Below the pieces are notes generated by a model. The model was not told where the DNA came from, did no database searches, and saw nothing but the letters and a program-made list of their open reading frames with translations. From Dehalococcoidia bacterium (GTDB taxonomy: Bacteria > Chloroflexota > Dehalococcoidia > Lucifugimonadales > Australimonadaceae), in contig JAKUPZ010000008.1 of NCBI GenBank assembly GCA_022449765.1, forward strand, positions 21,880 through 85,879: a DNA stretch of 64,000 nt. Direction: 5' to 3'. Shown in pieces: positions 18,709-29,384 of the stretch (position 1 is the stretch's first letter; each line of letters opens with the position of its first letter). Made by a program: the position numbers and the translations under genes.

Positions 18709-19388
18709 TCAGATTGGAAATCCGGAGTCTCTTTGTTGAAGTAACTCCTTAGTCCTTTCTCCCTATCTTCAGTGGACTGGAGGAGGATACTTAAATCGTT
18801 TTCAAGGCGATGTGATTGCAAGAAACTTAATTCCTGCGAGTAGTTTACCGATTCTTTTGCATATCGTGCTGCTATAGGAGCAGCTTTACAAATGGATTCG
18901 ACAAGCGCAGAAACATCCTCCAACGTGCCTATAGATTCCACTAATCCAATCCTAATGCTTTCTGAAACGTCAATACATTCACCTGAAAGCAATAATCTCA
19001 TAGCTTGTCCCCTGCCTACTATCCGAGCCAGTCTTTGAGTGGCGCCATTTTTTGGCATTCTCCCTTGATTCACATAGCCAAGTTGAAAACTTGCATCTGC
19101 AGAAGCTATTCGTATATCAGCAGCCAAGCACAACTCTAACGATTCGTCTCTACAGTAGCCTTCTATAAAAGCGACCACGGGAATGGGAATTTCACTGAGT
19201 CTCTTGATTATGCTGTGGTCAAACTCGCAAGAATGCCAGTTGCCATGTACAACTACGACTCTGATACTGAAATCGTTTATAAGCGATTCTATAAAATCAC
19301 TATCCCGGAATGATTGAAAATCATTAGGCAAAAAAAGCGACATCACATTACTAGCAAAAATATTTTTTTGAGGCTTTTGTTCAGGCAT
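18705..19388 (-). CDS. Divergent crotonase-fold protein
   Basis: Recognisable crotonase core (PVVAFIEGYCRDESLELCLAADIRIAS .. GATQRLARIVG), but the oxyanion-hole motifs are degenerate. The ATG at 19388 lies 7 nt after AAGGA. The longer track ORF would run into the groES promoter. Confidence 0.7.
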   Translation of the reverse strand: MPEQKPQKNIFASNVMSLFLPNDFQSFRDSDFIESLINDFSIRVVVVHGNWHSCEFDHSIIKRLSEIPIPVVAFIEGYCRDESLELCLAADIRIASADASFQLGYVNQGRMPKNGATQRLARIVGRGQAMRLLLSGECIDVSESIRIGLVESIGTLEDVSALVESICKAAPIAARYAKESVNYSQELSFLQSHRLENDLSILLQSTEDREKGLRSYFNKETPDFQSE

Positions 19389-19441
19389 ATTTTTATCCTT
19401 AAACATCTTAACCAGCATCCATCTTACCTGAAAGTAGCCAC

Positions 19442-19470
19442 TTGACACTTGCCTTCGTGTTTCTTACCAT
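19442..19470 (+). promoter_or_regulatory. Sigma-70/SigA-type promoter for groES-groEL
   Basis: TTGACA, a 17 nt spacer, then TACCAT, immediately upstream of the CIRCE element. Confidence 0.6.
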
Positions 19471-19480
19471 TTCTTGTGGA

Positions 19481-19507
19481 TTAGCAGTCGGCGCTTGAGA
19501 CTGCTAA
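19481..19507. promoter_or_regulatory. CIRCE operator (HrcA binding site)
   Basis: TTAGCAGTC-N9-GACTGCTAA is a perfect 9-bp inverted repeat. It matches the CIRCE consensus TTAGCACTC-N9-GAGTGCTAA except for one compensated position per arm. Confidence 0.88.
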
Positions 19508-19563
19508 CAGATTATTAAGGCGAGTGCTAAATTGCATTATGCCTTCAGATTAAGGAGGAAGGC

Positions 19564-19857
19564 GTGGCGCGAAAGCTACAACCACTAGGCGATCGAATCG
19601 TCGTAAAAGCAGTGGAACAGGAAAATCAGACCAAAAGTGGGATATTTATCCCTGACAGCGCGAAGGAGCGACCTCAAGAAGGTAGCGTCGTCGCTGTAGG
19701 TCCAGGGCGCGTAAATGACGATGGCTCTAGAGTAGCCATGGACGTCGCTGTTGGAGATGTGGTTATCTACTCAAAATTTGCCGGAACCGAATTTGAAGAG
19801 GATGGCGAAGAGTATTTAATCATGAAGGAAACAGACATCCTAGCCAAAGTTGGCTAA
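19564..19857 (+). CDS. groES: Co-chaperonin GroES
   Basis: 97 aa with [11 protein letters not shown] and the mobile-loop region. The start is GTG, after AAGGAGGA. Confidence 0.96.
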   Translation: MARKLQPLGDRIVVKAVEQENQTKSGIFIPDSAKERPQEGSVVAVGPGRVNDDGSRVAMDVAVGDVVIYSKFAGTEFEEDGEEYLIMKETDILAKVG

Positions 19858-19904
19858 ATCATTAAGTGGCCCTCTGGGCCTTATCTATTAGGAGGGAGCC
19901 ATAA

Positions 19905-21524
<1,620 letters not shown>

Positions 21525-21545
21525 TCACAAGAATTCCGATAATAT

Positions 21546-21574
21546 AAAAGAGCGCCTCTTGAGGCGCTCTTTTA
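21546..21574. terminator. Bidirectional intrinsic terminator between groEL and the convergent M16 peptidase gene
   Basis: AAAAGAGCGCCTC-TT-GAGGCGCTCTTTT forms a GC-rich stem flanked by A and T runs on both sides. Confidence 0.85.
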
Positions 21575-22852
21575 TATTATGCTTGAAAGTAACTGTTCAA
21601 ATTCATGTTTATCAGAATGCGGACCCACTACAGATAATCTACTCATCCCGAAATCAATGTAATTTTCAGAAGCTACGCGAAGATCCTCAGTGGTTATTGA
21701 CCGGAGCTTACTCTCAATTTCATCAACCGTAATGATGTCTCCTTTAAGTATCTCCTGTGCACCCAGCCAAATCATAACTGCACGAGTGTCTTCCATTCTT
21801 AAATGTAAGCGTCCGATTGAATATTCGATCGCCCGGGACAATTCACGCGCAGAAACATGTATTTTGGTTTCCCTTAGCTCACGCAATATTGCCGCTATCG
21901 TTAAATCAACTTTAGCACTATCCGAACCGCAACCAATTACTGTAGCGCCGCAATCAGAGTAATGGATTGAACTACTATGAATATCATAAGCAAGCCCTAA
22001 ATTTTCACGAACCTCTAAAAACAGCCTACTCGTCATCCCTTCTCCTAAAACCGTACTCAGCATATCTAATGCATAACTATCTACATTTGTAAAAGCAACA
22101 CCATTAAAAGCCAAGCAAAAATGAGTTTGTTCCGTGGGTTTTTCGTTGAGTTCAACACTTACTGTATTGCTGTAGGCCTGCTTTACAGGTTCTATCTCAA
22201 ATTTTCTTGGCTGATCATAAATACTCATCCTGCTGTTTATTTCACGTAATAAGTAGTCATGTTCAACATCGCCAGCAACAGCAATTACAATATTAGAGGG
22301 CACGTATTGATTAGCATGATAATCAGTTAAGTGTGCCTTAGTAATAGAATTAACCGTTTCCCTTGTCCCCCCAACGTCTGTGCCCATTGGTTGACTTGGC
22401 CATAATGCTTGATCAATCAACAAATCTGCTAAGGCATCTGGCTGATCGTAAGTCATCGAGAGCTCTTCAAGGATTACGCTCCTCTCGCGCTCAATTTCTT
22501 CTGGCAAAAAAATAGGGTTTTGAATCATATCCATCAGTACATCTAAAGATTTCACAAAATGGTTTCCCCCAGCTTTTGTGTAAAAAATTGTTACTTCTTT
22601 GTCTGTACTCGCGTTCAAAATGCCACCGACCGATTCAATTTCCTCTGAAATCATTTGAGGTTTTGGGCGTTGGGTGGTGCCTTTGAACAACATATGTTCA
22701 ATAAAATGTGAAATCCCTGCAATTTTAGGAGGTTCGTAACGAGAACCTGCGCCAATAAATATGCCTACTGAAACAGATTTTATCCCAGGGATTTTTTGTG
22801 ATAATACTCTAAGACCGTTACTTAAAATTGTGCGTTCGTACAAAAATTTCAC
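21572..22852 (-). CDS. M16-family zinc metallopeptidase (pitrilysin-like)
   Basis: Inverted zincin motif HFIEHMLFKGT (HxxEH). The GTG start overlaps the serS stop (GTGA). Confidence 0.88.
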   Translation of the reverse strand: MKFLYERTILSNGLRVLSQKIPGIKSVSVGIFIGAGSRYEPPKIAGISHFIEHMLFKGTTQRPKPQMISEEIESVGGILNASTDKEVTIFYTKAGGNHFVKSLDVLMDMIQNPIFLPEEIERERSVILEELSMTYDQPDALADLLIDQALWPSQPMGTDVGGTRETVNSITKAHLTDYHANQYVPSNIVIAVAGDVEHDYLLREINSRMSIYDQPRKFEIEPVKQAYSNTVSVELNEKPTEQTHFCLAFNGVAFTNVDSYALDMLSTVLGEGMTSRLFLEVRENLGLAYDIHSSSIHYSDCGATVIGCGSDSAKVDLTIAAILRELRETKIHVSARELSRAIEYSIGRLHLRMEDTRAVMIWLGAQEILKGDIITVDEIESKLRSITTEDLRVASENYIDFGMSRLSVVGPHSDKHEFEQLLSSII

Positions 22853-24162
22853 CTACCAAAGCTATTCATACTTTTGTTTAAAGGTTCCAATACTTCCTGT
22901 CCTCCTAAGTATTGAACCAAAGCATTCGGTACAACTACGCTACCATCAGGTTGCTGGAACGTTTCCAAAATAGCAATTATTACACGTGGGATGGCCAATC
23001 CAGATCCATTTAAAGTGTGTACCAATTCAGGGCGTTGGGCTTGGTCTCTACGGAATCTAATGTTCGCCCTACGCGACTGGAAATCAGTACAGTTTGAACA
23101 AGAGCTAACTTCAAGCCATTCATCCGAAGCAGGACTATAGATTTCAATATCGAAACTTTTTACTGAAGGAAAACTCAAGTCACCTGCACACAATTGTAAA
23201 AGCCTAAACGGCAAGCCAAGGCCACGAACAACATCCGACGCATGCTGTATCAGTTCTTCCAGCGCATCCATTGAAGACTCCGGTTCGACAAATTGATACA
23301 TTTCCACTTTCTCGAATTGATGAACGCGCTTTAAACCACGAACTTGAGTCCCTGCAGCAGCCTTTTCTCGCCTAAAACACGGGGTGTGGGCCATATATTT
23401 AATCGGCAAATCCGCTATATTCAATATTTCGTCAGCATGTAGGCTTGTTAAAGGAACCTCCGCTGTAGGAATCAACCATAAATCTTCTTCAGCATCACGG
23501 TATAAGGCATCTGCAAATTTAGGCAAATTACTACTGTTCTCCATAGTTTTGCCGAGCACGAGAAACGGTACACTCCGCTCAAGGTACCCATGAGTCTCCC
23601 TATGCAAATCGATCATGTAGCTAACTAAGGCCCTTTGAAGACGAGCGCCTGTCTCACCTAAAACATAAAACATTCTTCCAGAAACCTTAGACCCACGCTC
23701 AAAATCAGTTATGTCCAAGGATTCCGACAATTCCCAATGTGGCTTAAGGTCAAATTCATATTTCCTTCGCTCGCCTTCTTGCCATAGCACTATGTTACTT
23801 GTGAAATCCAATCCATCAGGGACTTCTTCTGATACTAAGTTGGGGAGACGAAGCATTTGATAACGAAATGTTTCGTCACTAGCACGTAATTTCTCTTCTT
23901 GGGCCTTAAGCTCCTCACCACTTTGCCTAACTTCATCCTTGAGTTTATTAGCTTCCGCTACATTCCCACTTTTGATTAGCTCGGCAATCTTTTTACTTAA
24001 TTCATTCCGGGCCGATCGGAAGTTTTCAATTTCAGAAATAATTTTCCGACGCTGGATATCAATTCCGATTAATTCATCGACAATTGAAACTTCTTCATTC
24101 CGGCGCGAGAGAGATAATTTGATGCTCTCAGGGTTTCTGCGAAGTAGCTCTGGATTAATCAT
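22849..24162 (-). CDS. serS: Serine--tRNA ligase
   Basis: N-terminal coiled-coil arm and class II core (TPCFRREKAAAG, GSGLAIPR). The ATG at 24162 lies 5 nt after GAGGA and gives the N-terminus MINPELLRRNPE. Confidence 0.94.
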   Translation of the reverse strand: MINPELLRRNPESIKLSLSRRNEEVSIVDELIGIDIQRRKIISEIENFRSARNELSKKIAELIKSGNVAEANKLKDEVRQSGEELKAQEEKLRASDETFRYQMLRLPNLVSEEVPDGLDFTSNIVLWQEGERRKYEFDLKPHWELSESLDITDFERGSKVSGRMFYVLGETGARLQRALVSYMIDLHRETHGYLERSVPFLVLGKTMENSSNLPKFADALYRDAEEDLWLIPTAEVPLTSLHADEILNIADLPIKYMAHTPCFRREKAAAGTQVRGLKRVHQFEKVEMYQFVEPESSMDALEELIQHASDVVRGLGLPFRLLQLCAGDLSFPSVKSFDIEIYSPASDEWLEVSSCSNCTDFQSRRANIRFRRDQAQRPELVHTLNGSGLAIPRVIIAILETFQQPDGSVVVPNALVQYLGGQEVLEPLNKSMNSFGR

Positions 24163-25651
24163 TTTGATCCTCATCATTTTGACGCACTTGAGGAAACAAC
24201 ATCACATCACGAATAGTCTGTTGCCCAGTAAGAATCATAATGAGGCGATCAATACCTATGCCTAAGCCTCCAGTAGGGGGCATTCCATGCTCTAATGCTA
24301 TAAGGAAATCTTCATCCAAACGATCAAGCTCTTCTCCCTGGTATTGCTTTCGCAAATCTTCCTGATCTACCAATCTTTGACGTTGAGTATCCGGATCATT
24401 TAACTCAGTATATGAGTTAGCTATTTCCATTCCCGCAGCAAATGCCTCAAATCTCTCTGCATATCGATCATCTTTCTTGCTAGCCTTTGCTAATGGTGAC
24501 ATCTCAACCGGGTAGTCTATTAAAAACGTTGGTTGTATCAATTTTGGCTCAACGTATGTTCCAACCAATTTGTCTATCAAACGACCTCTGCTCTCGGCGT
24601 AAGTTGCAGGGACGCCCATCATGTGCATTTGATCAGCTAAAGATTTTGCGTCCGGGTACAAATTTAAATCTACGCCCGCATATTGCATTAAAGATTCATG
24701 CAATGATATTCGCGGCCAAGGCCCATTTAATTCGATTTCGACATCCCCAAAAAGAACTTTGGTGGAACCAAAAACTTCCTGCGCTAAGTAGGGTATTAAT
24801 TCTTCGACCATTTTCATAATGTCTTGATAGTCCGCATAAGCCTCATACGATTCAAGTAACGTAAATTCTGGGTTGTGATCAGCGTCAATCCCTTCGTTAC
24901 GAAAAACTCGGCCTATCTCATACACCTTATCCATCCCCCCTACAATCAATCGCTTCAAATATAATTCAGTCGCAATCCGCAAATATAACTGTCTATCAAG
25001 AGCGTTGTGCTTCGTCACAAATGGCTGTGCCATCGCACCAGCAGGAATGGGAACCAACACAGGGGTATCCACCTCTAGATAGCCTCGTTCGTCAAAAAAC
25101 GAACGTACCTTAGTAATAATATTGCTACGAGCACGCATTGCAGAATGAACATCACGATTGGACATCAAGTCCAAGTATCTTTGCCTATACCTTTGTTCAA
25201 TATCACGTAATCCATGGAATTTTTCTGGAGGAGGCCGCAGTGCTTTACTTAAAAAAACAATACCTGAAAGACTGAGTGATATTTCACCTGTCTTTGTCCT
25301 TAGCAGTTTTCCTGTTACCCCGATAAAGTCTCCAAGGTCTATATCGTCAATAATTGAATATGAATCCCCAAGCAAATCACTACGTGCAAATAGTTGCAGG
25401 CGTCCTTCAGCGTCATCCAAGTCAATGAAGCTTGCCTTCCCCATTCTCCTAAGGCGAGTCACACGTCCAGCTAAGGAAATAGTTTCATTCAATTCAATGT
25501 CTGACTGTTCAGAAGCAACATATACTTCCGATGCTGTCTTTGTATTATGTGTTCTTTCAAACCGGGCTGGAAACGGGTCAATGCCTCGCTGAATCAACCG
25601 TTCTAGCTTTGCCCGGCGGCTCGCCAAGAGCTCATCACCGCGCTGGGGCAT
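24155..25651 (-). CDS. lysS: Lysine--tRNA ligase (class II)
   Basis: 498 aa with an OB anticodon-binding domain and a class II core (FRNEGID, GLGIGIDRL). Confidence 0.95.
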   Translation of the reverse strand: MPQRGDELLASRRAKLERLIQRGIDPFPARFERTHNTKTASEVYVASEQSDIELNETISLAGRVTRLRRMGKASFIDLDDAEGRLQLFARSDLLGDSYSIIDDIDLGDFIGVTGKLLRTKTGEISLSLSGIVFLSKALRPPPEKFHGLRDIEQRYRQRYLDLMSNRDVHSAMRARSNIITKVRSFFDERGYLEVDTPVLVPIPAGAMAQPFVTKHNALDRQLYLRIATELYLKRLIVGGMDKVYEIGRVFRNEGIDADHNPEFTLLESYEAYADYQDIMKMVEELIPYLAQEVFGSTKVLFGDVEIELNGPWPRISLHESLMQYAGVDLNLYPDAKSLADQMHMMGVPATYAESRGRLIDKLVGTYVEPKLIQPTFLIDYPVEMSPLAKASKKDDRYAERFEAFAAGMEIANSYTELNDPDTQRQRLVDQEDLRKQYQGEELDRLDEDFLIALEHGMPPTGGLGIGIDRLIMILTGQQTIRDVMLFPQVRQNDEDQND

Positions 25652-25670
25652 AAAAACCCTCCAAATTAAA

Positions 25671-26150
25671 TTAACGGACCGAAACTATCTTTATGGACTG
25701 AATGCCAGACGGTGCAGGGAACTCAATTGTTTCTCCAGCCTTATGACCAATAAGCGCTTTGCCAAGAGGAGACTCGTTTGATATCCGCCCATCACCTGGA
25801 GCTGCTTCAGTGCTACCTACAATTGTATAAGTTCCTGCCCTTTTGGAACCAAGTGGCTGAACCTTCACAATTGATCCAACTTCAATAATGTCAGATTTCG
25901 CACGCGAGCGTGTATGATCAGGAATTATTATTGCGTTTTGAATCATCCCTTCAAGTTCTTGTATTCGCCTCTCAACCTGGGCATGTGCGTTTCTAGCGTC
26001 CTCAAATCCAGCGGATTCCAACTCTCCAATCTCTTTGGAATCTTGAATTCGTCCCGCAACTTCTTGACGCTTCACTCTACGCAACTGATCCAACTCTTGC
26101 TCTAGTTCTCGTAAGCCGGCAATAGTAATATACGTATCGTTCAGCGCCAT
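25671..26150 (-). CDS. greA: Transcription elongation factor GreA
   Basis: 159 aa with an N-terminal coiled coil and a C-terminal FKBP-like domain (SNESPLGKALIGHKAGE). Confidence 0.93.
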   Translation of the reverse strand: MALNDTYITIAGLRELEQELDQLRRVKRQEVAGRIQDSKEIGELESAGFEDARNAHAQVERRIQELEGMIQNAIIIPDHTRSRAKSDIIEVGSIVKVQPLGSKRAGTYTIVGSTEAAPGDGRISNESPLGKALIGHKAGETIEFPAPSGIQSIKIVSVR

Positions 26151-26355
26151 GTCCCCCCTCAGAGGCTACTGAATACCTAACATCATGACTTTCCTAGGGT
26201 AAATTTTATGACACCCAAATATCAAAGTAAACGAGCACACGTACAGAGCACGCACTGAAACAGCAATAAGCGACCTTCAATGCAATTGAACTTACTTCCC
26301 CATAAATTCTAAAATGATCTTGAAGAGCTATTAATGAGCAAGGCGGAGAACTTAG

Positions 26356-26910
26356 TTGCGCGTAACTGGCGGTAGTGCAAGAGGATTCACTCTTATTTCT
26401 CCTAAAGCTCCTGGGGTAAGGCCTACGACCGATAGGGTTCGTAGCGCTCTATTCAATATTATGTCGCGATATTCTGTAGAGGATTCTGAAGTAGCTGATT
26501 TATTTGCAGGAACGGGGTCATTGGGAATCGAAGCTCTAAGTAGAGGAGCAGCACGAGTAGATTTTGTAGAAGCAAACCGGAGGCAAATTAATGTGATACG
26601 GGATAACCTCCAATCTACAGGATTCTCTGAACTGGGCTTCGTTTATAACGAGCGAGTCGAAACCTGCCTCGTAAAATTAAGACCTTATGACATAGTCTTG
26701 ATGGATCCTCCTTACACTGAACCTTTTCCAGAGAAAATCGTTACTGAAATAGGTAATCGCCGCTTACTAAAAAACAAAGGAATCCTAGTTTGTGGGCATT
26801 CTTCAAGAACGCCAATTAATTCAACCTATGGGTTGCTTGAATGCTGGGACGATCGGCGCTATGGTGACTGTTCGCTCGCGTTTTTCAGCTATTCAAGTGA
26901 GGATTATTAA
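26356..26910 (+). CDS. rsmD: 16S rRNA (guanine966-N2)-methyltransferase
   Basis: Motifs DLFAGTGSLGIEALSRGA and DPPY. It sits upstream of coaD as in many genomes. The start is TTG. Confidence 0.88.
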   Translation: MRVTGGSARGFTLISPKAPGVRPTTDRVRSALFNIMSRYSVEDSEVADLFAGTGSLGIEALSRGAARVDFVEANRRQINVIRDNLQSTGFSELGFVYNERVETCLVKLRPYDIVLMDPPYTEPFPEKIVTEIGNRRLLKNKGILVCGHSSRTPINSTYGLLECWDDRRYGDCSLAFFSYSSEDY

Positions 26911-27410
26911 TGACTACTGCAATCTACCCTGGACGCTTTGACCCTGTGACTGCAGGTCATCTGGACATCGTAAAAAGAGCTTCAAGGCTTTTTGATGAAA
27001 TAATTATTGCCGTTTTTGACGCTCCTGAAAAACGAACGATGTTCTCAACCGCAGAACGAGTTTCAATGTTCCAAAACTCCATAAACGGTATTGAGAATGT
27101 TCAAGTTAAGAGCTTTAATGGACTTATTGTGGACTATGCGCGATCGCAAAATGCTAAGGCCATAGTTCGCGGCATAAGAATGAATGCCGATTTTGAATAT
27201 GAATTTGAAATGGCATTAATGAATAGAAAGCTCGCTCCTGATATCGATGTTGTTTGCCTAATGACCGATATTCAATACCAATTCGTAAGAGCAAGTCTAC
27301 TGAAGGAAGTTGCCAAACTTGGCGGCGATATAGAGGGACTGGCTCCACCAAATGTAATACTCGAACTAAAACGTAGAATAGAGCACGAAGCGGGCCTAAT
27401 TAAGGAGTAA
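26910..27410 (+). CDS. coaD: Phosphopantetheine adenylyltransferase
   Basis: The PGRFDPVTAGHLDI motif is present. The ATG overlaps the rsmD stop. Confidence 0.95.
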   Translation: MTTAIYPGRFDPVTAGHLDIVKRASRLFDEIIIAVFDAPEKRTMFSTAERVSMFQNSINGIENVQVKSFNGLIVDYARSQNAKAIVRGIRMNADFEYEFEMALMNRKLAPDIDVVCLMTDIQYQFVRASLLKEVAKLGGDIEGLAPPNVILELKRRIEHEAGLIKE

Positions 27411-27412
27411 TC

Positions 27413-27928
27413 ATGGAAATTCTTGAATTAGTAGATAAGTTAGAAGCAATGGCAAACCAGGCAAAAAAAATACCAATGGCTGGTAGGGCGATGGTAGATG
27501 CGGAGGCCATGTTAGATTTAATTGATCAAATTAAATTATCTATGCCCCGTAATTTGCAAGATGCTCAAGAAGTTCTAGATAGAAGAGAACAAATAGTTAA
27601 TCAAACAATGCTAGACGCAAGAAGGATTCGCTCTACTGCAGAAGGTGACGCACGCGCATTAGTTGATGAAAGCGAAATGGTAAAGGCGGCCAAAATAAAA
27701 TGCGACGAACTCATTGAAGACGCGAAAAAAAAGGGAGACCGCCTAATTGAAGCGGCTAAAAAAGATGCGATCAATCGGCGTAGTGGAGCAAATAAATACA
27801 GCTTAGAAGCACTTCAGCAATTAGAGGAGCAGGTAAACTCTATCCTCGTTTCTATTCATGCCGGACAAAGGGCATTAGACCCAGAGGGATTCTATACAGA
27901 AAAATCATCAGAGGACGAAACCCAGTAA
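27413..27928 (+). CDS. Coiled-coil protein of unknown function (ATP synthase b / V-ATPase G-like repeats)
   Basis: 171 aa, highly charged with heptad-like sequence (AKIKCDELIEDAKKKGDRLIEAAKKDA). It starts 3 nt after coaD. Confidence 0.5.
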   Translation: MEILELVDKLEAMANQAKKIPMAGRAMVDAEAMLDLIDQIKLSMPRNLQDAQEVLDRREQIVNQTMLDARRIRSTAEGDARALVDESEMVKAAKIKCDELIEDAKKKGDRLIEAAKKDAINRRSGANKYSLEALQQLEEQVNSILVSIHAGQRALDPEGFYTEKSSEDETQ

Positions 27929-28010
27929 GATCCTTCCTCATATAGACTTACACTTCCAAGGCTGACTTTGGGTATATAAGTTTATGTAAATTTAAACTGA
28001 TGGAGGCCAG

Positions 28011-29351
28011 ATGTCTGTTTCTAGTTCACTTGCAAAACTCATAACGGAAAAACGTTTAGAAGATTTACCTTCTTGGACAATACATGAGGCAAAACGCACA
28101 TTAATCAATATGGTAGGTATATCGCTTTCAGCCTCTACTTCTTCGGGAAACGACATGCTTCTATCTTGGATCGAAAAAGAAAATGCTAGCCCTAGAGCTT
28201 CCATCATAGGCAGTTCAGTTCGTACGAGTCCCTTTAATGCGGCGCTGATGAATGGGTTTTTAGCTCATCTTCAAGACTATGACGACACGCATTTCCCGAC
28301 TGTTTTGCACCCTACAGCACCAGTTTGGCCAGCTGTTTTCGCTGCAAGCGAAGATCAGAATGCCACAGGCTTGCAATCTTTAGGGTCTTTTGTACTAGGC
28401 GCCGAAATAGCCTGCAGGCTTGCGATGTCCGTACACCCATGGCATTACGATATGGGATGGCATATTACGGGAACTACAGGCGTATTTGGCGCAGTAATTG
28501 GCGTAGGGAAAATATTAAATTTAGACAATACAACCCTTAATATGGCCATCGGTCAAGCAGGAACATACGCGAGCGGAATTCGGGAAGTTTTTGGCTCACA
28601 TACAAAGCCGATGCATGCTGCAAAAGCAGCAAGTAACGGCTTGCAATCAGCCTATCTTGCGACCAGTGGTTTTACTGGTGCCGATGACATTATTGGAGGC
28701 AGAAGGGGTTTTTGGGAAGTACTATCTCCAAATGGCCATAATAAGGAGATCCTGCTCAATAATTTTGGAGACCATTGGGAATTGAAAAACAATGGCCTTA
28801 AACCCTACGCAAACGGCGTTGTTTCACATCCAATACAAGATGCGGTGATTTACCTCCGAAACACCCACTCTATCCAACCCGCAAATGTTTCTGCAATAAA
28901 CGCTCGAGTCCATCCATTGGTACTAGAATTGATGAACAGACCCGAACCCCAGCGAGGGCTAGAAGGTAAATTTTCATTCCAACATTGTGCTGCAGCAGCT
29001 TTAGTAGATGGTGCAGGTCATGATGCTCAATTTTCAGACACAAAAATCACCGAACCACTAATTGCAAATATACGAAGTAAGGTAAATGCGCAAATTGATG
29101 ATTCCTTAGGAGAAGATGAGGTCTACATCTCAATCGTGATGAATAACGGCCAAACGCTCGAGCATCATGTGAAACATGCAACAGGATCACCCGAAAATCC
29201 GATGTCTGACGCTTCCTTAGAGTCTAAATTTAGGGACCTTGCAGGAGAAGTATTGAATAGTAGTCAAGTCAACAAGCTGCTTAGTACATTATGGGAAATC
29301 GAAAAAGCTCCCGATTTACAAGAAGTTACTGAATTAATGCGTGTTCAGTAA
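28011..29351 (+). CDS. MmgE/PrpD-family protein (2-methylcitrate dehydratase-like)
   Basis: 446 aa with family-typical segments (AHLQDYDDTH, PWHYDMGWHITGTTGVFGA, HTKPMHAAKAA). The ATG follows GGAGG. Confidence 0.85.
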   Translation: MSVSSSLAKLITEKRLEDLPSWTIHEAKRTLINMVGISLSASTSSGNDMLLSWIEKENASPRASIIGSSVRTSPFNAALMNGFLAHLQDYDDTHFPTVLHPTAPVWPAVFAASEDQNATGLQSLGSFVLGAEIACRLAMSVHPWHYDMGWHITGTTGVFGAVIGVGKILNLDNTTLNMAIGQAGTYASGIREVFGSHTKPMHAAKAASNGLQSAYLATSGFTGADDIIGGRRGFWEVLSPNGHNKEILLNNFGDHWELKNNGLKPYANGVVSHPIQDAVIYLRNTHSIQPANVSAINARVHPLVLELMNRPEPQRGLEGKFSFQHCAAAALVDGAGHDAQFSDTKITEPLIANIRSKVNAQIDDSLGEDEVYISIVMNNGQTLEHHVKHATGSPENPMSDASLESKFRDLAGEVLNSSQVNKLLSTLWEIEKAPDLQEVTELMRVQ

Positions 29352-29384
29352 ACACTTCAGCATAAGGTTGGGTTGAGTTTTAAA

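Noticed and set aside
25086-25105. Inverted repeat CGTTCG-N8-CGAACG inside lysS, containing GTTC/GAAC in the reverse order to an SOS box
   Set aside because: The half-site order and spacing are wrong for LexA, and it lies deep within a coding sequence. It is probably coincidental.
29352-29384. Palindrome GTGTT-N5-AACAC just before recN as a possible operator
   Set aside because: Most of it lies within the last codons and stop of the PrpD-family gene. It is short and AT-rich and does not match the LexA motif seen at lexA.
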